DNA from: a virus
Taxonomy: Duplodnaviria > Caudoviricetes
Direction: 5' to 3' (one strand)
Virus record (IMG/VR): IMGVR_UViG_3300025087_000034
DNA: 64,000 bases
How positions within the stretch are numbered: the first letter of the stretch is position 1; every line of letters starts with the position of its first letter. Shown one piece after another: positions 18,874 to 28,627 of the stretch. The position numbers and the translations under genes were made by a program. The notes below the pieces were generated by a model. That model was given only the letters and a program-made list of their open reading frames with translations. It searched no databases and was not told the origin of the DNA.

Positions 18874-20795
18874 TGCCCACCCCAGTAAATTTTAGCAGCA
18901 GTCCAAATTTTAGTACTACTAGCTATAGTTATGATTGGGCGTCTAGGTATGCTCCAGCAGACGATGGTAATTGTTCAGAGAATGTGGCCGTAAAAGTTTT
19001 AACTGACAACGGGATACCAATAAGAGGGCAGATACCGTCTAGAGGAAATCTTTGTGGTGTAGATATAAATAATATGCCTTGTTTGGACGCTATTGCTTTT
19101 TCTTTGGCGGAGAATTTGATAGACGGAAAGTTCATTGAATGTTATATGGACGCAGATGGCTTTGCTTATTTTGTAGATATATATCCAAATGCAGAAACTG
19201 TTGATTTAGATATACGTTCATGTGTTCCGACTACGTCTATAGATAATAAAGTAGACCTGGTAATTGTTAGGGGATATGATACCCCACCTGTTAGGTACTT
19301 TAAGGATTTTGAATCATTGAAGTGGCTTGACGTAGATAGCCTATCTTTACATTCAGATGTTGAGGAAATTTGTCAGGGTCGTTTTTTTATTACAGAAGCG
19401 TGGAAGTCATATAAGGACCCTGTTTTGGAATCTTCATATAAAGATGGAGTAGAAAGTTTATATGATGTTAAAGAATTTGAGAGCCTGGCTGGTTATGTTA
19501 TTGATTTTGACGGGTCTACAAGGGTGGGCGTTAAGTATTCTATGAGTCCTACTACTACGGTTTTTAGGGACGTTTATGTACCTGGTAGCGTTGGTACTAC
19601 TCCTGTGACAATACAGGGGTGCTCTAATACACCTTTGGTTGTAGCCTCTACAGGTTTGGGTAGTTTTACTGAAGTAGATAGGTATGGAGAGGATTGGCCC
19701 CTATTTAATAACGTACAGGCTATTTATATATCTGGGTACAAGATTACTAATGTAGAGGATTTTTCTGCTTTTGGTGGTTTAAGTGACAATGGTCCCGTTT
19801 ATATATGGACCGACGGTAAAAAGCAGCTAATAAACCTACCTACGTCAAATTGGCACTGGGAGAGGGATGGTAGTGGAAATATAACAGTAAAGTTATACTA
19901 TCAAGTACCTGAAAATAATCATATTGCTGATGCCTTATTTAATTCTGGTGGTACTAAGTATTTAATGCGCCCACCTGATAGTAATAACCCAGTTCCTACG
20001 GTTAGTTTGATTATGGGGGCAGCGGGGGATTTATACCCGTATCTTGGTGGTGGTATGGGGATGGCGGTTTCAAAGTGTTTTGCTGCTATAGAGTTAGACA
20101 GACCCTGTGTTATGGTTACAGACCCAGAGGGCTTTGCATATTCTTTAGCATACGAGTTAGAAATAAAGTACCAGCCCATAGTAGTTGAAGATAAGCCGGC
20201 CCCTGTAGCCTATACCTTTGGTGGCGGGGCTAGCTTAGTAGATCATACCTTGGATTTGTACGATACAGACCCTAGTACTTTGCAGGATCCACCAGATTCT
20301 GTGGAGGGCTCCATGGCTTGGTTACAATCTCATACTAGTGGTAATACTGTTGATGTTTCTTTTCCGTTTTTGGACGAGGGTGGTTGTATGGCTGTTGCTG
20401 GTACATTATATAGTATACAAAAAGAAGAAATGACGCAGTATAGTTTGGTTTGTGGGCCAAAATCTCAGCCTAAACTTGGGGCAAAGGTTAATGGGTTTGA
20501 TGGTCGTATAAATCGTATTTCTGAAAGTTTTCAGGACGGCTCTTCATATAATATAAATGTTTCTATTGGCCCAACATTCCCACAAGCTAAGGGGTTTCAG
20601 CAGAGTCTTTGGACTAGAAAGACGGACGATGTTTCTCGTGAAGGTATAGTCCTTAGTTCTTCTGGGGACGGTGTTAATTATGTTGTTCGTGTTAGGGGCC
20701 TGGGTGTTTTTCAGGCGGTAAATAAAACCGCGAATGCATATGTTGCTGGTGATAAAGTAAGTGTTACTGTTTATAATGTTTTGCAGGAGTACTAA
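18873..20795 (+). CDS. Putative tail tip / hub protein, 640 aa
   Basis: Directly follows the tape measure gene, translationally coupled by TAATG. Beta-rich. The C-terminal segment GVNYVVRVRGLGVFQAVN...GDKVSVTVYN looks OB-like. Confidence 0.45.
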   Translation: MPTPVNFSSSPNFSTTSYSYDWASRYAPADDGNCSENVAVKVLTDNGIPIRGQIPSRGNLCGVDINNMPCLDAIAFSLAENLIDGKFIECYMDADGFAYFVDIYPNAETVDLDIRSCVPTTSIDNKVDLVIVRGYDTPPVRYFKDFESLKWLDVDSLSLHSDVEEICQGRFFITEAWKSYKDPVLESSYKDGVESLYDVKEFESLAGYVIDFDGSTRVGVKYSMSPTTTVFRDVYVPGSVGTTPVTIQGCSNTPLVVASTGLGSFTEVDRYGEDWPLFNNVQAIYISGYKITNVEDFSAFGGLSDNGPVYIWTDGKKQLINLPTSNWHWERDGSGNITVKLYYQVPENNHIADALFNSGGTKYLMRPPDSNNPVPTVSLIMGAAGDLYPYLGGGMGMAVSKCFAAIELDRPCVMVTDPEGFAYSLAYELEIKYQPIVVEDKPAPVAYTFGGGASLVDHTLDLYDTDPSTLQDPPDSVEGSMAWLQSHTSGNTVDVSFPFLDEGGCMAVAGTLYSIQKEEMTQYSLVCGPKSQPKLGAKVNGFDGRINRISESFQDGSSYNINVSIGPTFPQAKGFQQSLWTRKTDDVSREGIVLSSSGDGVNYVVRVRGLGVFQAVNKTANAYVAGDKVSVTVYNVLQEY

Positions 20796-21461
20796 ATGGC
20801 ACTTTCTTGTTTAAATATAGTCAATGAAAAAATAAGAGCTACGGTAAAATTTGGGGGGATAGAAATAAAAACCCCATATGTTAAGGCTTTTAATATAGAT
20901 AGTGCTAGACCAAAAGCGTCTGCAACATATAGTTTAACTGTAGAAATCCGGATGGGTGTTAATTTTACTCTTGGTGAGGATTTGGAAATTTGGGCGGGGG
21001 AAAAAGATAATGAAACAAAAAGATTTACAGGTATTATAGCAAATATAAACTCCCAACCAAATTATGATAAAGCAGGTTATTATGTATTACAAATATCAGG
21101 TTATGACAGACTAGGACTATTAGAACGTAAAACATTCTCAAGAAGACTAAGAAGTGATGGTTTTTCTATGTTTGCTGCCATTGAAGGTGGTCCTACAAAT
21201 AGACCAACAAGAGGATACTCAACAGAAAAAAGAATTACTAATGGTAAACATACGTATATGTCTTCATCTCCTAGACCAGATAAAATAGAAAATTCAGAAA
21301 TAAGGTGGATGCCAACAAGGGGTAATGATAGGCATGGGTCTCTAAATAAAGCCAGTAGGTTAGAATACGGAAATCTGGACGCAAGCCAAACAATAAAGCC
21401 ACATGATCATAGCACGTTAGAGAAAATGGGGCCCAGTTTTGGGGTGTATAGTGCTGACTAG
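20796..21461 (+). CDS. Putative minor tail protein, 221 aa
   Basis: Abuts the previous gene. The pattern GEDLEIWAGE...RFTGIIANI....YVLQISGYDRLGLLE resembles N-terminal domains of tail hub proteins. Confidence 0.4.
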   Translation: MALSCLNIVNEKIRATVKFGGIEIKTPYVKAFNIDSARPKASATYSLTVEIRMGVNFTLGEDLEIWAGEKDNETKRFTGIIANINSQPNYDKAGYYVLQISGYDRLGLLERKTFSRRLRSDGFSMFAAIEGGPTNRPTRGYSTEKRITNGKHTYMSSSPRPDKIENSEIRWMPTRGNDRHGSLNKASRLEYGNLDASQTIKPHDHSTLEKMGPSFGVYSAD

Positions 21462-21617
21462 TATATTCATTTGGGAATTTTCAGTATAAGGGAAAGTATG
21501 GTCGGGAGACTTTGATTTGTTTTTTGTTGGCCCAAATAAAAATTTTCAGCGCGCCAAAAAAGAACTTACCAAAAGTTCAAAATTAATTTATTTATATATA
21601 AGAGGATAAAAGAAAAA

Positions 21618-22214
21618 TTGCCAGGATGTGGTTGTAATATAGTAGGTTTATTAAATATTAATTATCAAGGTATTATCTCCGCCTCGATCAACGGCGGCAC
21701 ATCGATCGAGGTGGCCGATGATGGTACTGTATTGATTGGTGCAACTATAAACAATCTGTCATTAAGTGCTTATCCATTTCCTCCTGGTGGTGATTTTTAT
21801 TTAGGTGTTACTTGTCCTTCTTCAGCACAGGCAAGTATAAATTGGTTGCAAAAGTATGATTGTTTTGAAAATAAGACTCATTTCATTCCAAAGGCGGGCG
21901 GAAAGGCCTCTATAACCGGCAGTAATATAGACGGTGTTACTCTTGGGTGTGACCCCGATATAGTGTCCTCGGCTTTTGATGCAAATGCTTCCGGTGGTCC
22001 TACATCACCCTATATAACTAACTATAGGCGCGATGGATTTAATTTGCGATTTTCCGGAACACCGATACCGATAAACAGTGGTTCTCCACAACCGTATAAT
22101 ATAGAATTGGGGGATGCAGGTATTTTGAAATGTTATTTACAGAGCTTTAGTTTGTCTGTATCTCCACCACAACCTGCTGTAGTTAACTACAGTTTTGTTT
22201 TTACTAACAATTAG
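21618..22214 (+). CDS. Hypothetical virion protein (198 aa, TTG start)
   Basis: Intact ORF in the tail cluster, G/S/N-rich beta composition, ends YLQSFSLSVSPPQPAVVNYSFVF. Confidence 0.6.
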   Translation: MPGCGCNIVGLLNINYQGIISASINGGTSIEVADDGTVLIGATINNLSLSAYPFPPGGDFYLGVTCPSSAQASINWLQKYDCFENKTHFIPKAGGKASITGSNIDGVTLGCDPDIVSSAFDANASGGPTSPYITNYRRDGFNLRFSGTPIPINSGSPQPYNIELGDAGILKCYLQSFSLSVSPPQPAVVNYSFVFTNN

Positions 22215-22244
22215 ACTTTAGGGGTTTTTATAGGGGTTTTAAGT

Positions 22245-23309
22245 ATGTGTAGAAAATTTACATATGAAGAAGTCAAAGAGGCCTTTGAAGCTAGGGGGTA
22301 TACCTTGCTTAGTAAGGAATATATAAACTGTGATACAAAATTAGGGTACGAGTGTGTGGGGGGTCATTTCGGGGCCATGTCTTTTTACAGGTTTAAGGGT
22401 GGTACGAGGTGTCCTACTTGTGTAAGAAATAAAAAACTTACTTATGAGGAAGTTAAAGAGGCATTTGAGCTTAGAGGCTATGTTTTATTAAGTGATAACT
22501 ATGATAATGCTCAAACTAAATTAAGGTATAGGTGCCCAAAAGGGCACATTGGGTACACTACTTATGGTAATTTTTATCAGAAACATAGATGTCCTATTTG
22601 TTATCATGAGGAACGCAAATTTTCGTACGAGGAAGTTAATAAAAGTTTTACAGCTAGGGGCTATACGCTCCTTAGTTCAGACTATAAAAATAACAGCACT
22701 AAGTTAAATTATAGGTGTCGCAGGAATCATTTGGGGGCAATGCCCTATAGTCAGTTTTTGCGGGGGCATAATTGTCCAGAGTGTTATGCACAAGACTGTT
22801 ATTTAACTTACACGGATGTTAAGGAAGTCTTTGAAGCTAGGGGCTATGTATTGCTTAGTGACACATATATAAATACTAATACTAAGTTGAAGTATAAATG
22901 TCCAAACGGGCATATTGGGGCTATGTCTTATGGCCATTTTAGTCAAGGTAGTGATTGTCCAATTTGTGCGAGAAATTCCCACGTATCTAAAAGTTCTCAA
23001 CAATGGTTGGATTCTTTAGGCCTTCCCAAGGAAATGGGTATTAATAGGGAGGTTAATTTGAGGGTCGGGGGTATTAGGTTTAAGGTTGATGGTTTTGATT
23101 CAGAAACCAATACTGTGTATGAGTTTCTTGGTAGCTATTGGCATGGAAATCCAGCAGTGCACAGGCCGGATGAAATTAATGAGCGGTCTGGAAAAACCTT
23201 TGGTAAGCTTTATAAAGAAACTTTTGAACGGTTTGATAGTATAAAACAAGCTGGCTATAACATAAAATATGTTTGGGAAGGGGATTTGGGCACTGTGTAT
23301 AGTTACTAA
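22245..23309 (+). CDS. CHCC zinc-finger repeat (x4) + Vsr/DUF559-like endonuclease, paralog 1
   Basis: Four 60-61 aa repeats (e.g. TYEEVKEAFEARGYTLLSKEYINCDTKLGYECVGGHFGAMSFYRFKGGTRCPTC), then SKSSQQWLD...FKVDGFDSETNTVYEFLGSYWHG...YVWEGD. Confidence 0.8.
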   Translation: MCRKFTYEEVKEAFEARGYTLLSKEYINCDTKLGYECVGGHFGAMSFYRFKGGTRCPTCVRNKKLTYEEVKEAFELRGYVLLSDNYDNAQTKLRYRCPKGHIGYTTYGNFYQKHRCPICYHEERKFSYEEVNKSFTARGYTLLSSDYKNNSTKLNYRCRRNHLGAMPYSQFLRGHNCPECYAQDCYLTYTDVKEVFEARGYVLLSDTYINTNTKLKYKCPNGHIGAMSYGHFSQGSDCPICARNSHVSKSSQQWLDSLGLPKEMGINREVNLRVGGIRFKVDGFDSETNTVYEFLGSYWHGNPAVHRPDEINERSGKTFGKLYKETFERFDSIKQAGYNIKYVWEGDLGTVYSY

Positions 23310-23339
23310 ATCTTTTACTAAGAGAATAAATAATTAAAA

Positions 23340-23684
23340 ATGATACAAATAGAAAAATATAGAATAAGAGGTTCTGGAATTCAACCGAAATCGTCTGGTT
23401 GTCCTTCGGGCGCCCCCCACATGTACTATTTTCAGTCGTTCGGGGCCGAACGTACAATAGTAGATGTGTACGAAGCTAAAACTATACTCTTAAAATCAGA
23501 AGATTTTCAAGGGGTTAAATATGGGGATGAAGAAAGTCCAATTTTTAGAAACTCTACATTTGTACGTGCTTCTTATTCTGGTAGACCATTAAGAAATACT
23601 GACGGAACATTGGTGTTTACAGCTCAAGAAGAACATATAATGGAATTTGTTGACGAGGACGAGGTTCCTGGTTGGAGCGACTAG
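23340..23684 (+). CDS. Hypothetical protein (114 aa)
   Basis: Intact + strand ORF filling the gap between two nuclease genes. No recognised motif. Confidence 0.65.
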   Translation: MIQIEKYRIRGSGIQPKSSGCPSGAPHMYYFQSFGAERTIVDVYEAKTILLKSEDFQGVKYGDEESPIFRNSTFVRASYSGRPLRNTDGTLVFTAQEEHIMEFVDEDEVPGWSD

Positions 23685-23691
23685 ATTTAAA

Positions 23692-24609
23692 ATGGGTAAA
23701 AAGAAAACATTAGAAGAAGTTGAGCAGGATTTTTTGGTACGTGGTTATACACTGCTAAGTGATAGTTATTTAAATAATAAGACTAAATTATGCTATTCAT
23801 GCTCGGAAGGGCATACCAACTCTATGACTCGTAGCGAGCTTATACAAGGAAGCCATTGTCCAACGTGTAATATAGAGAGACAAAAGGTTCCGTTAGCAGT
23901 TATAAAGGAAGCTTTTGATAGTGTAGGGTATAAACTGTACGAGCAGCCTTATATTAATAGTGGTACTAAGTTAGATTATACTTGTAATAAGGGTCACCAT
24001 AGGTCTATGACTTGGAGTAATTTTAGAAATGGCCAGAGGTGCTTGGTGTGTTTTTGGGAATCAATGCGGCTGGATATTGGATATGTTAGGGAGGTTTTTT
24101 TAGCCCGGGGGTATACTTTAGTAAGCGATACTTACGGGAATGCTTTTTCTAAGTTAGATTATATATGCCCAAAGGGCCATTTTGGTAGTATGCGGTTTAA
24201 CGATTTTCAACAAAAGCATGATTGTCCTATTTGTGCAGAGGATTCGTCTGTTTCTAAAATATCACAGGTGTGGTTGGATTCTTTGGGCGTTCCTAACAAA
24301 TTAGGCCAATATAGGGAAGTATGGAAAAAAATAGGGGGAAGGCTACTAAAGCTAGATGGTTTTGTAGAAAAAACTAATATGGCGTATGAATTTTTGGGTG
24401 ATTACTACCATGGTAACCCAACCAGATTCAACCCCGGCGAAATGAACAAAACTGCTGGAAAGACCTTTGGTGAGTTATTTGATACTACGATGGAGAGGTT
24501 AGACCTGATAAGGAAAGAGGGTTTCAATCTTGTTTATATATGGGAAAAAGATTTTGGTTATATTGTTAATAAAGACGAGCTAGTGAGATATAAGCACACA
24601 TGCCCCTAG
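23692..24609 (+). CDS. CHCC zinc-finger repeat (x3) + Vsr/DUF559-like endonuclease, paralog 2
   Basis: ATG 23692 (MGKKKTLEEVEQDF) matches paralog N-termini; the ORF track starts at 23647. Three repeats, then SKISQVWLD...LKLDGFVEKTNMAYEFLGDYYHG...YIWEKDF. Confidence 0.8.
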   Translation: MGKKKTLEEVEQDFLVRGYTLLSDSYLNNKTKLCYSCSEGHTNSMTRSELIQGSHCPTCNIERQKVPLAVIKEAFDSVGYKLYEQPYINSGTKLDYTCNKGHHRSMTWSNFRNGQRCLVCFWESMRLDIGYVREVFLARGYTLVSDTYGNAFSKLDYICPKGHFGSMRFNDFQQKHDCPICAEDSSVSKISQVWLDSLGVPNKLGQYREVWKKIGGRLLKLDGFVEKTNMAYEFLGDYYHGNPTRFNPGEMNKTAGKTFGELFDTTMERLDLIRKEGFNLVYIWEKDFGYIVNKDELVRYKHTCP

Positions 24610-24869
24610 TATGTTCAACCAGCGTAGTTAGTTATGAACAATTTGAATTTATAGATTGTAGTACACTTAATGTTTCATATAATGCTAGAGGTTTAGCTTC
24701 TGTAAGTTTTTCTGTAGTGTCTAGCAAGAACAGTATGGATAATAACTATACCAGTCTTACTATTGGGGAAGTTGATTTTAATGGTTATTTAGATAATGTT
24801 CAACTGTCTGTAATTCCAGGCACGACCGTATATGTATATCAAATAAGCCTACAAGCATTTGGCTGTTAA
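24600..24869 (+). CDS. Hypothetical protein (89 aa), probably structural
   Basis: Intact beta-rich ORF overlapping the upstream stop by 10 nt. Confidence 0.6.
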   Translation: MPLVCSTSVVSYEQFEFIDCSTLNVSYNARGLASVSFSVVSSKNSMDNNYTSLTIGEVDFNGYLDNVQLSVIPGTTVYVYQISLQAFGC

Positions 24870-24883
24870 ATAGGAGAACTGCT

Positions 24884-25042
24884 ATGAGGTGTGGAGGATG
24901 CGGGAAAAGACCGCCAAAAAATAATTCGCGGCCACAAAAAAAGACCCCAAAAGAAAGTTCCCTTAAAAAGTATGCTTTCCTACACCCAAATCAAAAAGCA
25001 TTACTAGAGTCTATAGAAGCAGAAGAAAACAAGGAACAATAA
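24884..25042 (+). CDS. Small basic protein, 52 aa (MRCGGCGKRPPKNNSRPQKKTPKESSLKKYAFLHPNQKALLESIEAEENKEQ); not in the ORF track
   Basis: Translated by hand. AGGAGA SD at ~24872, ATG 24884, and the TAA stop abuts ATG 25043 of the next gene. Confidence 0.65.
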   Translation: MRCGGCGKRPPKNNSRPQKKTPKESSLKKYAFLHPNQKALLESIEAEENKEQ

Positions 25043-25744
25043 ATGGCTGTAATTATAGGAAATAGTACAACTGTAGTTAGTACCTTGTTCCCAGATGGGG
25101 GTGTGGTAAGTGTTAATTTTGGTCTACAAGCACAAATAAACAGGTTGTGGCAAATAGGTTCGTTCTCTCCTTATGATACATACTCGCAGAAACAAAAAAC
25201 ACTCTCTCTTACTTTATATGGAAAGAAAGAGGACGGGACAGGGGGAAGTACCCCAATAGATTTAACACCAGCAACCTCTTGTAGTGACGCTGAGAGTTTT
25301 GAAGTAACAATCAACCCTGCAAGTTGTGGAACTTTTATTTCCCCATTCTCGGCTTTATGGTTTCCAAATTCTTATTCATACTCAAAAGAAAATATGGGAT
25401 TTGGTCAAGAGAATTGGGGATTTACAACCAAACCAGAATTGGATTCATATACTGGGGAGATTGTTTTTATTCGTGGTATAGCTTTTGGTCAAGTTTTAAT
25501 TGGGGCAGGGATGATGACAGAGACAGACGTTGGCGTTGTTACTAATGACGCGGATAGTCGGGATAGCAACGGGGAATACATAGAAGGAGAGAGCGGGAGT
25601 GTTTCTGCTGGGGAAACTTCTGTGGGTGAGTATTCTGTGCAGAGGGAAGTAATTTTTTCTGGTGTTGGGGGTTCTGTATTAATAAAAGATGGCTACAAGG
25701 GCTCCGCTACTTGTAGTATACCCTATACACCTGTTTATATTTAA
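25043..25744 (+). CDS. Hypothetical virion protein (233 aa)
   Basis: G/S/T-rich beta-type protein in the tail cluster. QINRLWQIGS loosely resembles tube-fold segments. Confidence 0.6.
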   Translation: MAVIIGNSTTVVSTLFPDGGVVSVNFGLQAQINRLWQIGSFSPYDTYSQKQKTLSLTLYGKKEDGTGGSTPIDLTPATSCSDAESFEVTINPASCGTFISPFSALWFPNSYSYSKENMGFGQENWGFTTKPELDSYTGEIVFIRGIAFGQVLIGAGMMTETDVGVVTNDADSRDSNGEYIEGESGSVSAGETSVGEYSVQREVIFSGVGGSVLIKDGYKGSATCSIPYTPVYI

Positions 25745-25757
25745 AGGGGGTTTAAGC

Positions 25758-26855
25758 ATGTGTAGAAAGCTTACGTACGAAGAAGTTAAAGGGACTTTTG
25801 AAGCTAGTGGTTATACCCTACTTAGTAAAGAATATATAAGTAATTGTACTAAGTTGGATTATAGATGTTCTGAGGGGCATTTTGGTTCAATGACGTACAG
25901 CAGTCTTCAACAGGGACACTCTTGTCTTATTTGTAGTATAAAGAATAAAAGACTTAGCTATAAAGATGTTAAAAAAATGTTTGAGAGTAGGGGATATGTA
26001 TTGCTTAGTAAGGAGTATATAAATAGTGGTACTAAGTTGGATTATAGGTGCCCTAGAGGCCACCTTGGGTCAATGGTTTATAATCATTTTCAGGATGGGA
26101 GAAAGTGCCCTGTTTGTGTTGGTGAGGATCGAAGGCATTTTTATGAAGAGATTAAGGTTGTTTTTGAGTCACGAGGCTATAAATTGATTAGTAGTGAATA
26201 TAAGGACAATAAAACTAAGTTAGAGTATGTGTGTCCAAAGGGGCATTTAGGATCTATGACCTTTAGTAATTTTCAACAGGGAAGGAAGTGTCCTGTTTGT
26301 TCTGTTGATAATATTAGGCTTTCTTATGAAGAGGTTAAGGAAGCTTTTGATAACAGGGGTTATACGTTACTTAGTACTGAGTATGTAAATTCTAATATTA
26401 AGTTGGATTATAAGTGTCCAAAGGGGCATTTAGGTGCTATGAAATATAATAGTTTTCAGCAGGGAAAGTCTTGTCCCATTTGTTCATTAAACTACTCTGT
26501 TTCCAAGGTTTCCCAAGTATGGCTTGATTCTTTAGGGGTGTCAAATGAAAGGGGCGTTAGTAGAGAAGTTACTTTGAAAATTGGAGAAAACAGGTTCAAA
26601 GCAGACGGTTTTGATCCAGAAACCAATACGGTTTATGAGTTTCTAGGTACTATTTGGCACGGAGACCCCAGGGTGTGTAAGCCTTTAGATATAAATTATG
26701 TCAATAAAAAGACCTTTGGTCAACTTTATCAGGAGACCTTTGACCGTATAAAATTAATAGAAGAAGCAGGATACAGAGTAATTTATATTTGGGAGTCAGA
26801 TTTTAGATCCCAAAATTTTTCTGGCGGGGAAAAAGAATTAATCCAACATGCTTAA
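25758..26855 (+). CDS. CHCC zinc-finger repeat (x4) + Vsr/DUF559-like endonuclease, paralog 3
   Basis: ATG 25758 (MCRKLTYEEVK) after AGGGGG; the ORF track starts at 25689. Four repeats, then SKVSQVWLD...FKADGFDPETNTVYEFLGTIWHG...YIWESDF. Confidence 0.8.
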   Translation: MCRKLTYEEVKGTFEASGYTLLSKEYISNCTKLDYRCSEGHFGSMTYSSLQQGHSCLICSIKNKRLSYKDVKKMFESRGYVLLSKEYINSGTKLDYRCPRGHLGSMVYNHFQDGRKCPVCVGEDRRHFYEEIKVVFESRGYKLISSEYKDNKTKLEYVCPKGHLGSMTFSNFQQGRKCPVCSVDNIRLSYEEVKEAFDNRGYTLLSTEYVNSNIKLDYKCPKGHLGAMKYNSFQQGKSCPICSLNYSVSKVSQVWLDSLGVSNERGVSREVTLKIGENRFKADGFDPETNTVYEFLGTIWHGDPRVCKPLDINYVNKKTFGQLYQETFDRIKLIEEAGYRVIYIWESDFRSQNFSGGEKELIQHA

Positions 26856-27258
26856 TAAATATATTTTAGAATTACATTGGTTATATACAGATTTAATAAA
26901 TGATGAAACCTGTATATTGCACCAACCCTACTTTTCAGGTCCAGCATTAAAGATAGCACAAAGAATAGAACCAAATAATAACATAGTTATAGACCTTTCA
27001 GGTCAATATAGTTCATTAATTTCTAGTCATTATTTTGTAACACTCTTTTGGAAGGAAGTTAGGTACTATGACGAGCGTGCTTATTTGGGAGACGCAAGAT
27101 TTTTCGGCGGGCTAATAAATAAGTTGTCAAAACTGACAAAGAATGATTATATATTAATTGATACTTCAAAACATGAAGAAAATAAACATATGTATAATTT
27201 AGTATATGAAGGAAGAATCTATACACAAGATAAGAAGGATAAAGTAATTAATGGTTAA
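26848..27258 (+). CDS. Hypothetical protein (136 aa)
   Basis: Intact ORF overlapping both neighbours by 8 nt. A-rich. Confidence 0.6.
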   Translation: MLNKYILELHWLYTDLINDETCILHQPYFSGPALKIAQRIEPNNNIVIDLSGQYSSLISSHYFVTLFWKEVRYYDERAYLGDARFFGGLINKLSKLTKNDYILIDTSKHEENKHMYNLVYEGRIYTQDKKDKVING

Positions 27259-27514
27259 AATTCATGGACATACTTCCAATGTTGGATACACATATAAGAG
27301 ATGTCCTTATAGTACTTGGTATAAAGAAAACTACTATGATATAGGTGAGTTAGGAAATTCAACAAATCCCAACTTACCCGTTGTAACAGGTGATCATCCT
27401 AGTACTGATGGGACGATGAACATGTACAATAGGGGTGGGGTACCTGGATGGATGTGCTGGGATGATAATTGTCCGTTTTTCTTGTTGCAGGGGGTTAGAT
27501 ATACAGAGGTTTAG
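27251..27514 (+). CDS. Hypothetical protein (87 aa)
   Basis: Intact ORF, AAGGA upstream, three Cys (RCP...CWDDNCP). Confidence 0.6.
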   Translation: MVKIHGHTSNVGYTYKRCPYSTWYKENYYDIGELGNSTNPNLPVVTGDHPSTDGTMNMYNRGGVPGWMCWDDNCPFFLLQGVRYTEV

Positions 27515-27529
27515 ATAAAGGAGCGTTTT

Positions 27530-28627
27530 ATGGGTAGAAAGCTTACTTATGAAAAGGTTAAAGATGTTTTTGATAATAGGGGTTATACGTTGCTTAGTAG
27601 CGAGTACGTGGATAATACAACTAAGCTAGACTATAAGTGCCCAAGGGGCCATTTAGGGTCTATGATTTATAATAGTTTTCATCAGAATCGTGGGTGTCCT
27701 ATTTGTGATATGGAGAATAGAAAACCTACTTATAGTAAGGTTAAACAGTATTTTAAGGACAGGGGCTATACGCTGTTTAGTATGGAGTATAGAAATAATA
27801 ATACTAAGTTGGAGTATAAGTGCCCTAGGGGGCATTTAGGGGCCATGACTTATCGTAATTTTCAGCAGGGGGGTAGTTGCCCTGTCTGTTCTATAGAGGA
27901 TAGAAGGCTTTCTTATGAAGAGGTTGAGCGAGCATTTGCTGACAGAAGGTATAAGCTACTCAGTACTGAGTATGTAAATTGTTTTACCAAGCTAGACTAT
28001 AGATGCCCAAGGGGACATTTGGGAGCTATGTTTTATAATTGTTTTCAGCAGGGGTGTAGTTGTCCTGTTTGTTCGGTCGAGGATAAGAGACATTCTTACG
28101 ATGAGGTTGAGCGGGCATTTGCTGACAGAGGGTATAGGCTACTCAGTACAGATTATTTAAATAGTAAAACCAAGCTAGAATATAGGTGCCCAAAAGGGCA
28201 TTTAGGGTCTATGATTTATGGTAGTTTTCAACAGAGCAGTGATTGTCCTATTTGTTCGAAGATTTCCTTCGTTTCTAAAGTGTCACAAAAATGGTTGGAT
28301 TGTTTGGGTTTGGCTAAAGAAATGGGAATTAGCAGAGAGGCTAATTTGCAGATAGGGGACCATCGTTTTAGGGTAGATGGTTTTGATTCTAAAACAAGCA
28401 CTGTTTATGAGTTTCTTGGAGACTATTGGCATGGTAATCCATCCATGTTTAAACTTGACGATATGAACGACAGGGTAGGAAAGTCTTTCGGTCAACTTTA
28501 CCAAGAAACCATTGATCGTATTAAACTATTAGAGGACGCAGGGTACAAGGTAGTTTATATATGGGAGAAAGATTTCAGAGAACAGGAACTTATGGCTGGG
28601 AAACTAACCTACACAAACATAAAATAA
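27530..28627 (+). CDS. CHCC zinc-finger repeat (x4) + Vsr/DUF559-like endonuclease, paralog 4
   Basis: AAAGGAG SD. Four 61-aa repeats (YKCPRGHLG.M.Y..F.Q...CP.C), then SKVSQKWLD...FRVDGFDSKTSTVYEFLGDYWHG...YIWEKDF. Confidence 0.8.
   Translation: MGRKLTYEKVKDVFDNRGYTLLSSEYVDNTTKLDYKCPRGHLGSMIYNSFHQNRGCPICDMENRKPTYSKVKQYFKDRGYTLFSMEYRNNNTKLEYKCPRGHLGAMTYRNFQQGGSCPVCSIEDRRLSYEEVERAFADRRYKLLSTEYVNCFTKLDYRCPRGHLGAMFYNCFQQGCSCPVCSVEDKRHSYDEVERAFADRGYRLLSTDYLNSKTKLEYRCPKGHLGSMIYGSFQQSSDCPICSKISFVSKVSQKWLDCLGLAKEMGISREANLQIGDHRFRVDGFDSKTSTVYEFLGDYWHGNPSMFKLDDMNDRVGKSFGQLYQETIDRIKLLEDAGYKVVYIWEKDFREQELMAGKLTYTNIK

Noticed and set aside
27530-28260. Near-regular ~183-bp nucleotide repeats (e.g. TGCCCAAGGGGCCATTTAGG) that could look like a CRISPR array or DGR template/variable repeats
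   Set aside because: They are in-frame protein repeats with synonymous divergence. There are no unique spacers, no adenine-specific mismatch pattern that I could see, and no RT or cas gene in the window.
22245-28627. Possibility that the nuclease genes sit inside group I introns or inteins splitting tail genes
   Set aside because: Flanking ORFs have their own starts and stops, the gaps are only about 0-60 nt (too short for intron core structure), and no intein C/S...HN motifs were seen.
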